DNA of 64,000 bases from the sequence record MZ622713.1. The stretch is one strand, 5' to 3'. Position numbers and translations under genes: made by a program. How positions within the stretch are numbered: position 1 is the first letter of the stretch; each line of letters begins with the position of its first letter. Shown in pieces: positions 1-9,471 of this stretch. The notes beneath the pieces were generated by a model. It made no database searches. It saw nothing but the letters and a program-made list of their open reading frames with translations, and was not told the origin of the DNA.

Positions 1-268
1 GGTTAAAGAAAACATCCCTAATGATTTCGAGCACTCGGAGTTAGAGATGTGTAAAACTGTGCTTTACGATAAAGGCTGGTACCGCGGAGACGCGGAACTT
101 ACACATGATGTCAGTGTCGTTTTCTTGTGGTGGTATGAACTAAGTGGTGGTCGTGAGTTATTCATGAAACGCGCTTATGATCACTTCCATTTGCTAGGTG
201 ACTATAATTTCAAATTCTTCGGACATCTGGACGCTTTATACCAAACCTACGAAATCATGAAAAAGTAA
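1..268 (+). CDS. 3' end of a hypothetical protein, truncated by the window start
   Basis: The frame of ORF 47..268 is open back to position 2 (VKENIPNDFEHSELEM...); it stops just before a strong hairpin. Confidence 0.7.
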   Translation, partial: VKENIPNDFEHSELEMCKTVLYDKGWYRGDAELTHDVSVVFLWWYELSGGRELFMKRAYDHFHLLGDYNFKFFGHLDALYQTYEIMKK

Positions 269-270
269 TT

Positions 271-303
271 ATATCCTCCATCCCTTAAAGGGATGGAGGA
301 TAT
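271..303. terminator. Bidirectional hairpin between convergent genes
   Basis: Perfect 15-bp stem ATATCCTCCATCCCT-TAA-AGGGATGGAGGATAT, with a T-tract at about 311-321. Confidence 0.85.
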
Positions 304-320
304 TAACGTAGTTTATTTTT

Positions 321-3230
321 TTACTCTTTTGGTTCTTCTAAACCTTCATCGTCAGCTTGTTCTTCCTCTGACTCTTCCAGTTCTTCACCATCGATAGTCT
401 CATCAGGTTCTTCGAGTTCTTCAGTTTCTTCTTCCGGTGTTTCATCCAGTTCAGAATCTTCCAATTCTTCCTCTTCTTCTGAATCACCATCAAAGTCCTC
501 AAGCTCGTCTGAACCAGTATCAACTGTTTCATCAGGTTCTTCAACACCTAATGGGTCGTCGCCAGCTCCATCTGCATCAAACTCAGATTCAGGCTTAGGC
601 ATCGCCTTCATAATGCGGTCGATACGATCACCGAATTGTTTCATGTATTCTACCATGAAGTGACCCAAGTTCTCGTTAAAGTAATCGAGGTCATTAAGTA
701 GTGAATACATACCACCCTCTTTACCTTTGTTCATGACGTCATCGAACGGGGTAGGGATGTTAAACAACTTAAACGCACGGTAACGGATAACAGCAGCGAA
801 TTGAGCTTCCAGTTCATCCGGAGCGAGTTTATCTTCGGAGATACCAAGACGAGACAACAGAGGACCCATCAAACCTTTAGCCGCAGACATCTCAACCACT
901 TTCTGTGACCAATCTTCCGCTAGCTCCATCTTCTCTTTGATCTTAGTTACCGACTCCATAGTAGTAGGACGAGGAAGTTCAACGTAGAAGTTCTGAATAA
1001 AGTCATTCAGAATAATCATTACCTTTTCTTTCTCATTCCCTTCAATGGCTTCCTTGCTATCAGGAACCCATAGTTTCTTAGGAGTTTCCAAGATGGTATC
1101 CACCAGACGGTTCATGACTTGTTCGTTAACCATTAGGTTCTTACGAATCACGTCACTTAACATCTCAGCTAGATCAGATTGATACATGATGGTTTGGTTA
1201 CACAACGTTTCCTGTTCAGCCAGTGCTTCAATCTGGAAGTTGTTACCATTCTCATCACGCTCATCCAGCCAGCTACGTGGAAGACCAAAGGTATTAGCGA
1301 TAGAAGCTAATAGGTATTGACGAGAGTCTTCATCTACTCGTTTAAAACCAGTGCGATCAATCTGGTTAAGTTGCATCTGAGGAGCAGTAACGAATTTGTT
1401 GTCACCAGCTTCCACACGAATCAACAACGACTGTTCCTTTAAGGCATCCACGATCATTGGCATGGACAGAGTACCTGTAGAGATCAGGTTGTGTACCGTC
1501 GGGTTAGATTTAAAGAACTCATAACGAGCCATAGAGATCGTTAGATCAGGGTCCGTGTCTTGAGCTTCCAAAGCAACTACCAACTCATTACGAGTCTGTG
1601 CGTTATCTAACTGAGCTAGTGCATCCGCTACGTCCAAAGCCGCTAGACGTGCGATGAAGTCTTTAGCTTGAGTCGTTAAAGATTCACCGATACCTAAACG
1701 GTTATGCTGGAACGCCATGTAAGTGAAGTAACACTCAGGGATGTACAGTACACGAGTACGTTGTTGTTGGAACGCACGCTCTAGGAACAGTTTAAGTACG
1801 TCTTCTTCTAAATCAATGGAGATGTCCGAACCGTCACCACCAGACCATACCGCTTGGTAAAGTTCTTTCTCAATTTGGTTCTTCGCCATCATAGCGAATT
1901 CACTCATATCGAAATCACATTCACCACCTTGCTGTACTTTACGTAAGTTAGCGATTAAGGTGTTGGTGTCTGTACCAGAAGGTTTGTTATCAATCTTGTT
2001 AGCTTGTGCACTCAGTGATTGATAGAACTGGTAATCCTTACTCATCTTCAGGAATTCACCGTTGTCATCAATCAGTGCATAACCACCACGTAAACGCTTC
2101 ACATCGCCGTGAACGTGCACAGGGATGAAACATTCACTAGGAAGGTGATAACCTAGAGGTGTGCCCCAAGGAGCTTGTGTGTATACACGAGGAGCGCGTA
2201 TTGACTGAGTCGCCTTAGTAGGGTAGCTGCGTTCACCCGGCATGACTTGTTGCAGGGCTTCTTGTTGAGCCATACCCAAGTTAACAGTCTTAGCTCCCGG
2301 GTTAGGTTGCTTAGTTTTCTTTTTGTCTTTGTCTGCTTTAGCGTTTAACACGTCTGTTTTATTTAGACGGTTATTCACGTAGTTAGCAATAGACTCATTA
2401 CCTTCAATGTTGGACAAACGTTCTTTAATGCGTTGACGCATGTTTTGCATAGCTAACACACTGACGTTGTCCGTTACGGTAATGCCGAACTCAGGGGAGA
2501 CGATAGGGAATTCGTATTCGTCTTCCGTTTCCTCACCCCACAAACCTTCCATACCACCGACGTTTTTGTTCTTGGATGGGTCAGTAACGAAACCAATGTT
2601 CTTCGCTAGCATGACTGACTTGTCACCCAAAGTGGTGGTCTTGAATACTTTGTTTATTTCACCTTCAACCAGACTACGGTAATTCTGTTTAGAGAACGCT
2701 TCATTACCTTCAACCAGTTGGTTACCATTGATGATGTTATCCAAAGCAGGTCGGGTAATATTGAGTTTCACATAACTACCACTACCGATCAAAAGGTCCG
2801 AAACCATTTGAGGTAGTTCACGCTCGATTTTATAGTCGTTGGTGTAGTACTCACTTAAGACTTTTAACAGGCTGTCGTGCAGTTTTGTGTTTTTAAACTG
2901 ACTCGAATTAGTGTCGTAAGTCAAGATGTTTTTTGTGGCACCGTTAGGGTGTAGAATCAGCGTCTTCCAGATCACTTCAGCTTTAGTGATGTAAGGTGTG
3001 ATTTTCTTCAAATCCACTGTAGCGTTGATCGTATTAGCGATGATGTCGCCTAAGTTCTTTAACTTACGACCTTCTACACGACGTAGTTGTTCTTCTTCTG
3101 TCCCGGTGCCGGCGGCCCTTGTTTCCGCTACTCGTACATTAAGAATAGCTTCTAAAGGTTTAGGGACGTGCGTTAGCGACTTACGTAACTTCGTAAGATC
3201 GGCCCGAGTATTACCTCTCGTTCCTTTCAT
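321..3230 (-). CDS. Probable portal protein (phiKZ gp129-like), very acidic C-terminal tail
   Basis: 969 aa, divergent from a 703-aa virion gene as in phiKZ-like genomes; D/E-rich last ~90 aa. Assignment is from size and recalled synteny. Confidence 0.65.
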   Translation of the reverse strand: MKGTRGNTRADLTKLRKSLTHVPKPLEAILNVRVAETRAAGTGTEEEQLRRVEGRKLKNLGDIIANTINATVDLKKITPYITKAEVIWKTLILHPNGATKNILTYDTNSSQFKNTKLHDSLLKVLSEYYTNDYKIERELPQMVSDLLIGSGSYVKLNITRPALDNIINGNQLVEGNEAFSKQNYRSLVEGEINKVFKTTTLGDKSVMLAKNIGFVTDPSKNKNVGGMEGLWGEETEDEYEFPIVSPEFGITVTDNVSVLAMQNMRQRIKERLSNIEGNESIANYVNNRLNKTDVLNAKADKDKKKTKQPNPGAKTVNLGMAQQEALQQVMPGERSYPTKATQSIRAPRVYTQAPWGTPLGYHLPSECFIPVHVHGDVKRLRGGYALIDDNGEFLKMSKDYQFYQSLSAQANKIDNKPSGTDTNTLIANLRKVQQGGECDFDMSEFAMMAKNQIEKELYQAVWSGGDGSDISIDLEEDVLKLFLERAFQQQRTRVLYIPECYFTYMAFQHNRLGIGESLTTQAKDFIARLAALDVADALAQLDNAQTRNELVVALEAQDTDPDLTISMARYEFFKSNPTVHNLISTGTLSMPMIVDALKEQSLLIRVEAGDNKFVTAPQMQLNQIDRTGFKRVDEDSRQYLLASIANTFGLPRSWLDERDENGNNFQIEALAEQETLCNQTIMYQSDLAEMLSDVIRKNLMVNEQVMNRLVDTILETPKKLWVPDSKEAIEGNEKEKVMIILNDFIQNFYVELPRPTTMESVTKIKEKMELAEDWSQKVVEMSAAKGLMGPLLSRLGISEDKLAPDELEAQFAAVIRYRAFKLFNIPTPFDDVMNKGKEGGMYSLLNDLDYFNENLGHFMVEYMKQFGDRIDRIMKAMPKPESEFDADGAGDDPLGVEEPDETVDTGSDELEDFDGDSEEEEELEDSELDETPEEETEELEEPDETIDGEELEESEEEQADDEGLEEPKE

Positions 3231-3250
3231 AACACCCTCTTGGATAAACT

Positions 3251-5362
3251 ATGGAAAATATTGAATTTAACGCCCACGTGGAGAGCGTGTTCAGTTTGAT
3301 GCGCACCTTGGTTATCAAGTGTGAAGCAATAGGTGTCACTGATAACCGTCTCCTCGCAAATGCAGGATACCCGGTCTCCGAAGACAAACGCCAGTGGCGT
3401 TATTACCTCAACATGACCGGTGAATACCATCAGACTGACGAACCCATGTATGTGACCTCCATCGACAACGGAGAACAAATACTGTTTAATAAGACTAACC
3501 TAGATATCCACTTGGCTACACGCCGTGCATATCAGCCGGGGTCTTATTGGTATAAACGATTGTCCGAACAGTTCCCGGGACAAATCGACCTAATCAACGG
3601 GATTATGGATCCCATTGATATGGAGACCGCTATCACAGCCGAAGACTATAAGATCTTACGATACAATAAAGATCTTATTGAGTCTAATGAAGATCAACTC
3701 ATTCCGGGGCTGCAAAGATGGATAAACGCGTATACCCAGCGACATTTCAAAAGTGATTACATCCATACGGAGAACTTACAACTCCCTATAGATTTAGCAA
3801 CCATCTATGGATTGATGATACCGTTGGTTTTGATATTACGACTGGAAGCCTTCGGCACACGCAATGTGTCGGACTACCACGTATGGAACCGTCTCAACTC
3901 ATACGGGGATTTCCGTAGCTACCGTTCTGGTCTGGGTGATAAACAGAAGATGTGGTTGTACCGCAATATTGAATACTTGCGTAATAACCTAGGTAAGAAC
4001 TTTACCTTGGAACAACTCATCGAAAACCTACTTACTCCAGAATCGATTCCTATCTTCCATTACCGTTCTTTACTTAACACGGATAAGATGGAAGAAGAAA
4101 AAGCTCAACCAGAAGGATTGTTCATTAAAGAGCGTCTTAACTTCAAAGAGCTAGAATACGACACAGGTGAACGTTACACTAACCAACAGTTGTTAACGTT
4201 AGAAGACCCTATGGCTCGTGACAACGCTTTACTGAAAGCCCATCACGAAGTCTTAGCGGAACCAGAGTCCAAAGAATCCACATTTAACGACCTCAGTACT
4301 AAAGTGTTAGACTCCACCATGGAAGACTACACTAACCGTCACGATGACACGTTAATGAAGACGTTGTTCCATGAATGGATTTATATGTCCAAGCATGGTC
4401 TCTACGAATCCATTGTGGATTTTGTTGATCCTCTGAACGGCAACCACGTTAGACTCAACACCCACGACGCTTTGATCTACTGGCAGCTGTTGCTAAGGTC
4501 TTACCTTGGCACTCCGGTTGAAGTGATTGAACCGTTTTGGTTCCAATGGGTGATGACCAAAGATCTGCGTAGCTGGGAAACCTTCCGTGCAGCTGGCCCT
4601 AGTCCACAGTTACAAGACTACGTAGTTACCGATATCCGTAAGCAATGGGTTCCTACACTTAAGGTAATCTCTCCGGATACTTTCTTTGAACAATGTTTCG
4701 AAATCCATCAAGCTAAGTGGAAAGCTAAGAAGATTTACTCACAGCACGATGAACTGTATCAACACGCTTACACCAAAGAGTGTGTGCGTCGTTTGTACGA
4801 CCACGGTTTATACTGGATGCATGACCCTGAAACTTACCCTTCTGTACAATCTTGGTTGGATGACAAAGAACTTCATCTTGCTAAATACAGTAAAGGTGAG
4901 CTGATTGAGTTGTGTTGGGAAATCTTCACCAAAGCCACTGGTTGGGATGTGAAGGGGGTGGTGTCCTTACGTCAAATCCAAAGTAACCTAGTTTCTTTGA
5001 TGACCGACCTGAGTTCATACACTATTCAAATCTTGAAGGATATCGACGACGGTAATACTACCGCCGAAAACAAAGATGGTATTCATCTAGGTTTGACTGG
5101 GGATAATTACATGAGTAACGTTGGGGAATACTTAATTAACCCAATGGTACCTGTGGATGTTCACGCTGTCCCTATGGCGGGTATGAACGAATACCTCATC
5201 CAAATCGATAACCGTAATCATCACGATACATTGGAAGCGAGTACGAGAGATCACTTTAATATCGACATCGACTTGAATATCCAAGAAGTTCCGTTCGATC
5301 AAGTTTCTAATCTCCGCATACCACTTAATGTGGGTGTACGAGAAGCTACTTGGGCGTATTAA
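3251..5362 (+). CDS. Virion structural (baseplate-type) protein, phiKZ gp128-like
   Basis: 703 aa; N-terminal WRYYLNMTGEYHQTDEPMYVTSID motif typical of this jumbo-phage family; position next to the portal. Confidence 0.65.
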   Translation: MENIEFNAHVESVFSLMRTLVIKCEAIGVTDNRLLANAGYPVSEDKRQWRYYLNMTGEYHQTDEPMYVTSIDNGEQILFNKTNLDIHLATRRAYQPGSYWYKRLSEQFPGQIDLINGIMDPIDMETAITAEDYKILRYNKDLIESNEDQLIPGLQRWINAYTQRHFKSDYIHTENLQLPIDLATIYGLMIPLVLILRLEAFGTRNVSDYHVWNRLNSYGDFRSYRSGLGDKQKMWLYRNIEYLRNNLGKNFTLEQLIENLLTPESIPIFHYRSLLNTDKMEEEKAQPEGLFIKERLNFKELEYDTGERYTNQQLLTLEDPMARDNALLKAHHEVLAEPESKESTFNDLSTKVLDSTMEDYTNRHDDTLMKTLFHEWIYMSKHGLYESIVDFVDPLNGNHVRLNTHDALIYWQLLLRSYLGTPVEVIEPFWFQWVMTKDLRSWETFRAAGPSPQLQDYVVTDIRKQWVPTLKVISPDTFFEQCFEIHQAKWKAKKIYSQHDELYQHAYTKECVRRLYDHGLYWMHDPETYPSVQSWLDDKELHLAKYSKGELIELCWEIFTKATGWDVKGVVSLRQIQSNLVSLMTDLSSYTIQILKDIDDGNTTAENKDGIHLGLTGDNYMSNVGEYLINPMVPVDVHAVPMAGMNEYLIQIDNRNHHDTLEASTRDHFNIDIDLNIQEVPFDQVSNLRIPLNVGVREATWAY

Positions 5363-5423
5363 TTTTACTAAGTCAGTAATGATATGATAACCATTACAAA
5401 TTGATCAAAAAGGATCTACAAGC

Positions 5424-6338
5424 ATGGCTAACCAAAACGACCTGATCCGAGAATCAGATAACTCTCGTGTTCCGGCACAGATGGTGAGTACTCAACCTAT
5501 GGGTACAAACATCATGATCGCTAAAGCGACTAACCGTTCGCTTAACATCCCACCAAACACCACTCTTAATGAACACCATGAAGTTGAAGTGAATAACTCG
5601 TTAGGTGTTAAGAACGGTCTTGACTTCGTACTTGGTTATTTTGGTGTGGGTATCAAAGGTTATCAAGTGGTGGGCAACCACCCAGTAACACAAGTTCCGG
5701 TTAACTACACTAACCAACATCAACCGTTTGACCAAAACTTGTTCTACTCTATTCCAATGTGTGCTCGTCCTCTGGATGACGACTTGAATGACCAAGAGCG
5801 TGATAAATACCGTATGCGTACAGTGGCTATCTTAGACGGTGTACCTACAGCGCTTTACTGGTTAATGAAGACAGGTATGTCGGAGTTTAACCCTAAGACC
5901 AAGCGCGCTTACCGTAATCCAGCGACTGGTAACGAAGTTCCTGAAGATTACGTGTATCGTCCAGAGTCATTAAACCCGACTCCGATCACTTTGTCTTCTA
6001 ATGGCACTGTACCTCTTGCAAACACTTACTTGACATCTTCTGGTCTGATGGACTTGTCATTAAACGGCACTGCGCTGGAAGAACTGCGTAACGTATGTCG
6101 TCTAATGTTTGGTGACCCATCACTAGCGGCGGTATCGGAATACCAAATCGTTTGGGGTATCGAATCTACCACAGAAGGTCAAGGTGCTGGCGGTACTACG
6201 TTCCGTTACAAAGAGTTGATCTCTGCGGTAACACAATACGTGATCTCTGAGCGTCATGCTCGTGATGCTAACTCTAACGGTGACATCGTTCTTAAATATG
6301 ACTTGGGTGCCGCTTACCCAATGTTACTAGAAGAGTAA
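5424..6338 (+). CDS. Virion structural protein, phiKZ gp127-like
   Basis: 304 aa; HQPFDQNLFYSIPMCARPLDDDL...RDKYRMR motif; AAGGA Shine-Dalgarno. Confidence 0.65.
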   Translation: MANQNDLIRESDNSRVPAQMVSTQPMGTNIMIAKATNRSLNIPPNTTLNEHHEVEVNNSLGVKNGLDFVLGYFGVGIKGYQVVGNHPVTQVPVNYTNQHQPFDQNLFYSIPMCARPLDDDLNDQERDKYRMRTVAILDGVPTALYWLMKTGMSEFNPKTKRAYRNPATGNEVPEDYVYRPESLNPTPITLSSNGTVPLANTYLTSSGLMDLSLNGTALEELRNVCRLMFGDPSLAAVSEYQIVWGIESTTEGQGAGGTTFRYKELISAVTQYVISERHARDANSNGDIVLKYDLGAAYPMLLEE

Positions 6339-6940
6339 TGGAAGTACTCCCTTTACCCGATGGGTATATACGAGTCATTGCGATAGACCCATCCACATCA
6401 CGGATGGGTATGTCTATTATAGACGTCAACCTCGAAGTAGCTGATCTGTTTAAACTCCGTTGGGTGGAAACCATCCATGGGGATAAGATGGAACATTTCA
6501 GCTCTACGAACTATGACGATGATGGTGCTGTACAGTCTCGCATTCTGGGCTTGTCTAAGTCTTACCGTCAACTATTAGAATTCTTTAACCCAACTGTAGC
6601 AGCATGTGAAGATAACTTCTTAGGGGCGTCCCCAGACACCTTTAAACGACTTATCGAAGCGGTGTCACTGTTGCGTACAGAAACTGAATCTTACGGCAAT
6701 GGATTGTACATGGTCAATGTACCTCCTCGTGCTGCTAAAGAAACAGTAGGGGCTAACTTTAAGGGAACACAAAAAGAAGACGTGACCAAAGGGATTAAGA
6801 AATACAAAAATCTTGACCTTTGTGGACACGACTTAGATGTTTTGGATGAACACTCGATCGATGCTATAGCGATAAACTTAAATGTTTGTGAGCGTATCGC
6901 TAAAGACCGAGGTAAATTCCATGACACAAAAAGTACCTGA
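6338..6940 (+). CDS. ruvC: RuvC-like Holliday junction resolvase
   Basis: RVIAIDPS (catalytic D), AACEDNF (E), GA..G..KEDV..G and DEHSIDAIAI (D..D) motifs; TAATG overlap with the upstream gene. Confidence 0.85.
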   Translation: MEVLPLPDGYIRVIAIDPSTSRMGMSIIDVNLEVADLFKLRWVETIHGDKMEHFSSTNYDDDGAVQSRILGLSKSYRQLLEFFNPTVAACEDNFLGASPDTFKRLIEAVSLLRTETESYGNGLYMVNVPPRAAKETVGANFKGTQKEDVTKGIKKYKNLDLCGHDLDVLDEHSIDAIAINLNVCERIAKDRGKFHDTKST

Positions 6941-7274
6941 ACGTGGTGAACTGCTGGATACGGCTGAAGGTGTGGTTTTAGGAAAATGGGGAACTCGTAT
7001 CCGAACATTTTGTGGTATCGTTGCGGTACTTACTACTTGTTGGGTTTCATACTCCGGTATGAGTTCTATTGTTGCTTCTGTAAATGCTGGTAAAGGTTGG
7101 CCCAGTGACATGACAATCTTTTTGTTTGTCTTTGGTCCTGTAGCTATTGCTTGGCAATACATGAGTGTAAACAAACTGTTGTCCTTACTATTCTCATCTG
7201 ACAATCAGAACGCCGTAAACATCAAAGATCGAATACGTGGGTTTGTTGATCCAGCACCCCCGAATAAGCCATAA
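6921..7274 (+). CDS. Two-TM small membrane protein, holin candidate
   Basis: ATG at 6921 after GAGGT; two hydrophobic helices and a charged C-terminus; converges on the spanin-like pair. Confidence 0.5.
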   Translation: MTQKVPERGELLDTAEGVVLGKWGTRIRTFCGIVAVLTTCWVSYSGMSSIVASVNAGKGWPSDMTIFLFVFGPVAIAWQYMSVNKLLSLLFSSDNQNAVNIKDRIRGFVDPAPPNKP

Positions 7275-7280
7275 GTAAAT

Positions 7281-7314
7281 ATAACTCCCTACCCCAAACG
7301 GGGTAGGGAGTTAT
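7281..7314. terminator. Bidirectional terminator
   Basis: 15-bp stem ATAACTCCCTACCCC-AAAC-GGGGTAGGGAGTTAT between convergent genes. Confidence 0.85.
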
Positions 7315-7322
7315 TATTGCAT

Positions 7323-7829
7323 TTATTCTTCTACACTGTCTGGAGGCTGTGATTCCAGTATTGCATAAATACGGTTTAGTGTTTTTAGCAATGACTGAAT
7401 GGTGACCTTAGCCCCATAGAGTTCTTCAGATCTTCCGTCTGAACGATTTGCGAGTTCGATGGTGTAAACCACAGTTGCGTAATGACAACGTTTATCAACC
7501 AACTCACCTTCGCATTTATTGGAACTCAAGTACGCCTGTAACAAACCTAATTCACTAGGACTTAGGGTAGGTGGATTCTCTGTCAGATAGGGAGGTATAT
7601 CCAACACGCTACTTCTTAATGCCCCGACGTTGGCTCTCACGATATCCATCTTAGCGACTTCAGCATTGACTTTTAATTGCGCGCTACCTTCTTGAAAAGA
7701 AGGTTTACTGGAACAACCGCTCAACAGAAAGACTAAAAAGGTAATGAGTAAAACTGTCCCTACATTAACCTTCAGGCCCAACTGTTTCCACAACTGGATC
7801 CACTTCCAGATCTTCATCAATAATCCCAC
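7323..7829 (-). CDS. Lipoprotein, probable o-spanin
   Basis: Hydrophobic signal ending in lipobox LSG/C (LLSGCSS); overlaps the 3' end of a TM plus coiled-coil gene. Start may be 7817. Confidence 0.65.
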   Translation of the reverse strand: MGLLMKIWKWIQLWKQLGLKVNVGTVLLITFLVFLLSGCSSKPSFQEGSAQLKVNAEVAKMDIVRANVGALRSSVLDIPPYLTENPPTLSPSELGLLQAYLSSNKCEGELVDKRCHYATVVYTIELANRSDGRSEELYGAKVTIQSLLKTLNRIYAILESQPPDSVEE

Positions 7830-8154
7830 TAGGTATTACTCCGTTCATTTCTAGTTGATATTCTTCCATCATCGACTGGTAAGTCTCTCGACGGACACCT
7901 TTCTTTTCCTCAATGAAACGAGATAGCTCGAGGTTGCTTTTACGATTCTCCTCTAAGATCGCACGCGATTCCGCATTGATCTGTTGAAAAGTCTCCATGA
8001 TGCCTTCAAGCTGAGCGATGGTTTCTTTCGACATACCGTCGTTCTTGCTGTAGAAGGTTTCGGTTAAATTGACAATAACCAGTAAAAGCAGCAACCCAAT
8101 GATTGTGCCGAACTGAATCGCCCCCCAAGTCATACTCTTATCTTTTTCAGGCAT
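7765..8154 (-). CDS. Probable i-spanin
   Basis: Single N-terminal TM (IIGLLLLLVIVNL) followed by a predicted coiled coil; overlaps the downstream lipoprotein gene. Confidence 0.65.
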   Translation of the reverse strand: MPEKDKSMTWGAIQFGTIIGLLLLLVIVNLTETFYSKNDGMSKETIAQLEGIMETFQQINAESRAILEENRKSNLELSRFIEEKKGVRRETYQSMMEEYQLEMNGVIPSGIIDEDLEVDPVVETVGPEG

Positions 8155-8157
8155 AAT

Positions 8158-9393
8158 TTACATGTCCTTAAATATCGAATAAATTTTGAAGTGATAAGCT
8201 CCAACTCTTTTGTGTGGGTCGTATTGATTCACTTTATCATGAAACAAGCCGCCACCATTTTCAGAACCGGTAGAAAAGTCTGTCGAGATAGGAACGAAAT
8301 GAACATCAAAGTCCAGCAAACGTCTACCAGCACCATCACGATGTCGGTAAGTAGGGAAGCGACCATCAGACAGCATAACTGGATGGTGGAACTTATCCTC
8401 GGTTGCAAACGTAGTAGGGAATGTGTATTGTTCCAAAGGAACCGTCTCCACGCCCATGTACGGATTAGACATATAAATGATGAAACTGTTAATGTTAGTT
8501 AACAGCTGTTTTATCACGTCAGAACGTTCTAATAGTTCTGCTTCGACCACACCACTACGGCAATTTGCGATGTTGTCCAAGTCGATATGCTTAGCACCCC
8601 ATACTAACAGGCGTCCTAAGTCTAAAACACGTAAATCAAGTCGTAGGCTATTTTCACCTACTTTGGTTATGGCAGGGTCCCCACAAATGAGCTTACCTGC
8701 AATTACAAACCAGACCGTTTGTTCCAGTATTGGACGGTCCACGGTAACAAGGACAGAATGACCTTTTTCATCCACATCCAGTTGTTCTATCAAGAAAGGT
8801 TCTGTGTCAATGGAAGTAATACCTTTGAAGTCCAATGCACCTACGTGACCATCGTCGTCCACTCGGAAATTACGACCACCCCCTAGTAAATAGAAACCGT
8901 CCGGTCTAGCGATCGAACGAATGAAATACCCGTTGTAAGTAAAGAGGGATGTTTTGTTAAACTTGATGTAATCTGGTGATGTTGCACTTATGTGCTTCAC
9001 TAATAGATCAGTTGCACCAGAAGAAGTGATCTGTGATTGTCGGCCCGCTGCAAAGTCCACACGCCCCGGTAAAACTTTGTAACCAGCGAGCTGCATGTCC
9101 TCCATGCGGACATAGTTGTAGTTCTCACCTATCTTACCTAAATACAACTCTAAAGGAATTCGTTCCTTAGTGTCCAGCCAGTCTTGGACTGAACCTGTAA
9201 AATAAAGTGCTTCACTGCGATATACGGACATATCAACTGTCACTTCTTTTAATCGCAGTGCGTCCCAAACCGTAATAAACAGAGCCCGTGTCTTTTCCAT
9301 AACCGAGCTTAGCTTGGCATTCTCTATTTTAAGCGGCTGTAAGCCAGCCAGACTACCTTTATAAGCTCCGATAGCTCTTCGGTAAAGATACAT
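8158..9393 (-). CDS. Virion structural protein (phiKZ gp130-like)
   Basis: Start revised to MYLYRR (ATG 9393) after AAGGAG; divergent from the tail-fibre cluster. Confidence 0.55.
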   Translation of the reverse strand: MYLYRRAIGAYKGSLAGLQPLKIENAKLSSVMEKTRALFITVWDALRLKEVTVDMSVYRSEALYFTGSVQDWLDTKERIPLELYLGKIGENYNYVRMEDMQLAGYKVLPGRVDFAAGRQSQITSSGATDLLVKHISATSPDYIKFNKTSLFTYNGYFIRSIARPDGFYLLGGGRNFRVDDDGHVGALDFKGITSIDTEPFLIEQLDVDEKGHSVLVTVDRPILEQTVWFVIAGKLICGDPAITKVGENSLRLDLRVLDLGRLLVWGAKHIDLDNIANCRSGVVEAELLERSDVIKQLLTNINSFIIYMSNPYMGVETVPLEQYTFPTTFATEDKFHHPVMLSDGRFPTYRHRDGAGRRLLDFDVHFVPISTDFSTGSENGGGLFHDKVNQYDPHKRVGAYHFKIYSIFKDM

Positions 9394-9471
9394 TGTGTGA
9401 ATCTCCTTGGTGAATTCTATAGAATCGTTACGATACTTGTACGATTTGACACTAACATAAGGCCTTTTGTT

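Noticed and set aside
338-547. 69-aa Lys/Asn-rich ORF in another frame of the portal tail
   Set aside because: Shadow of the low-complexity acidic codons; no RBS.
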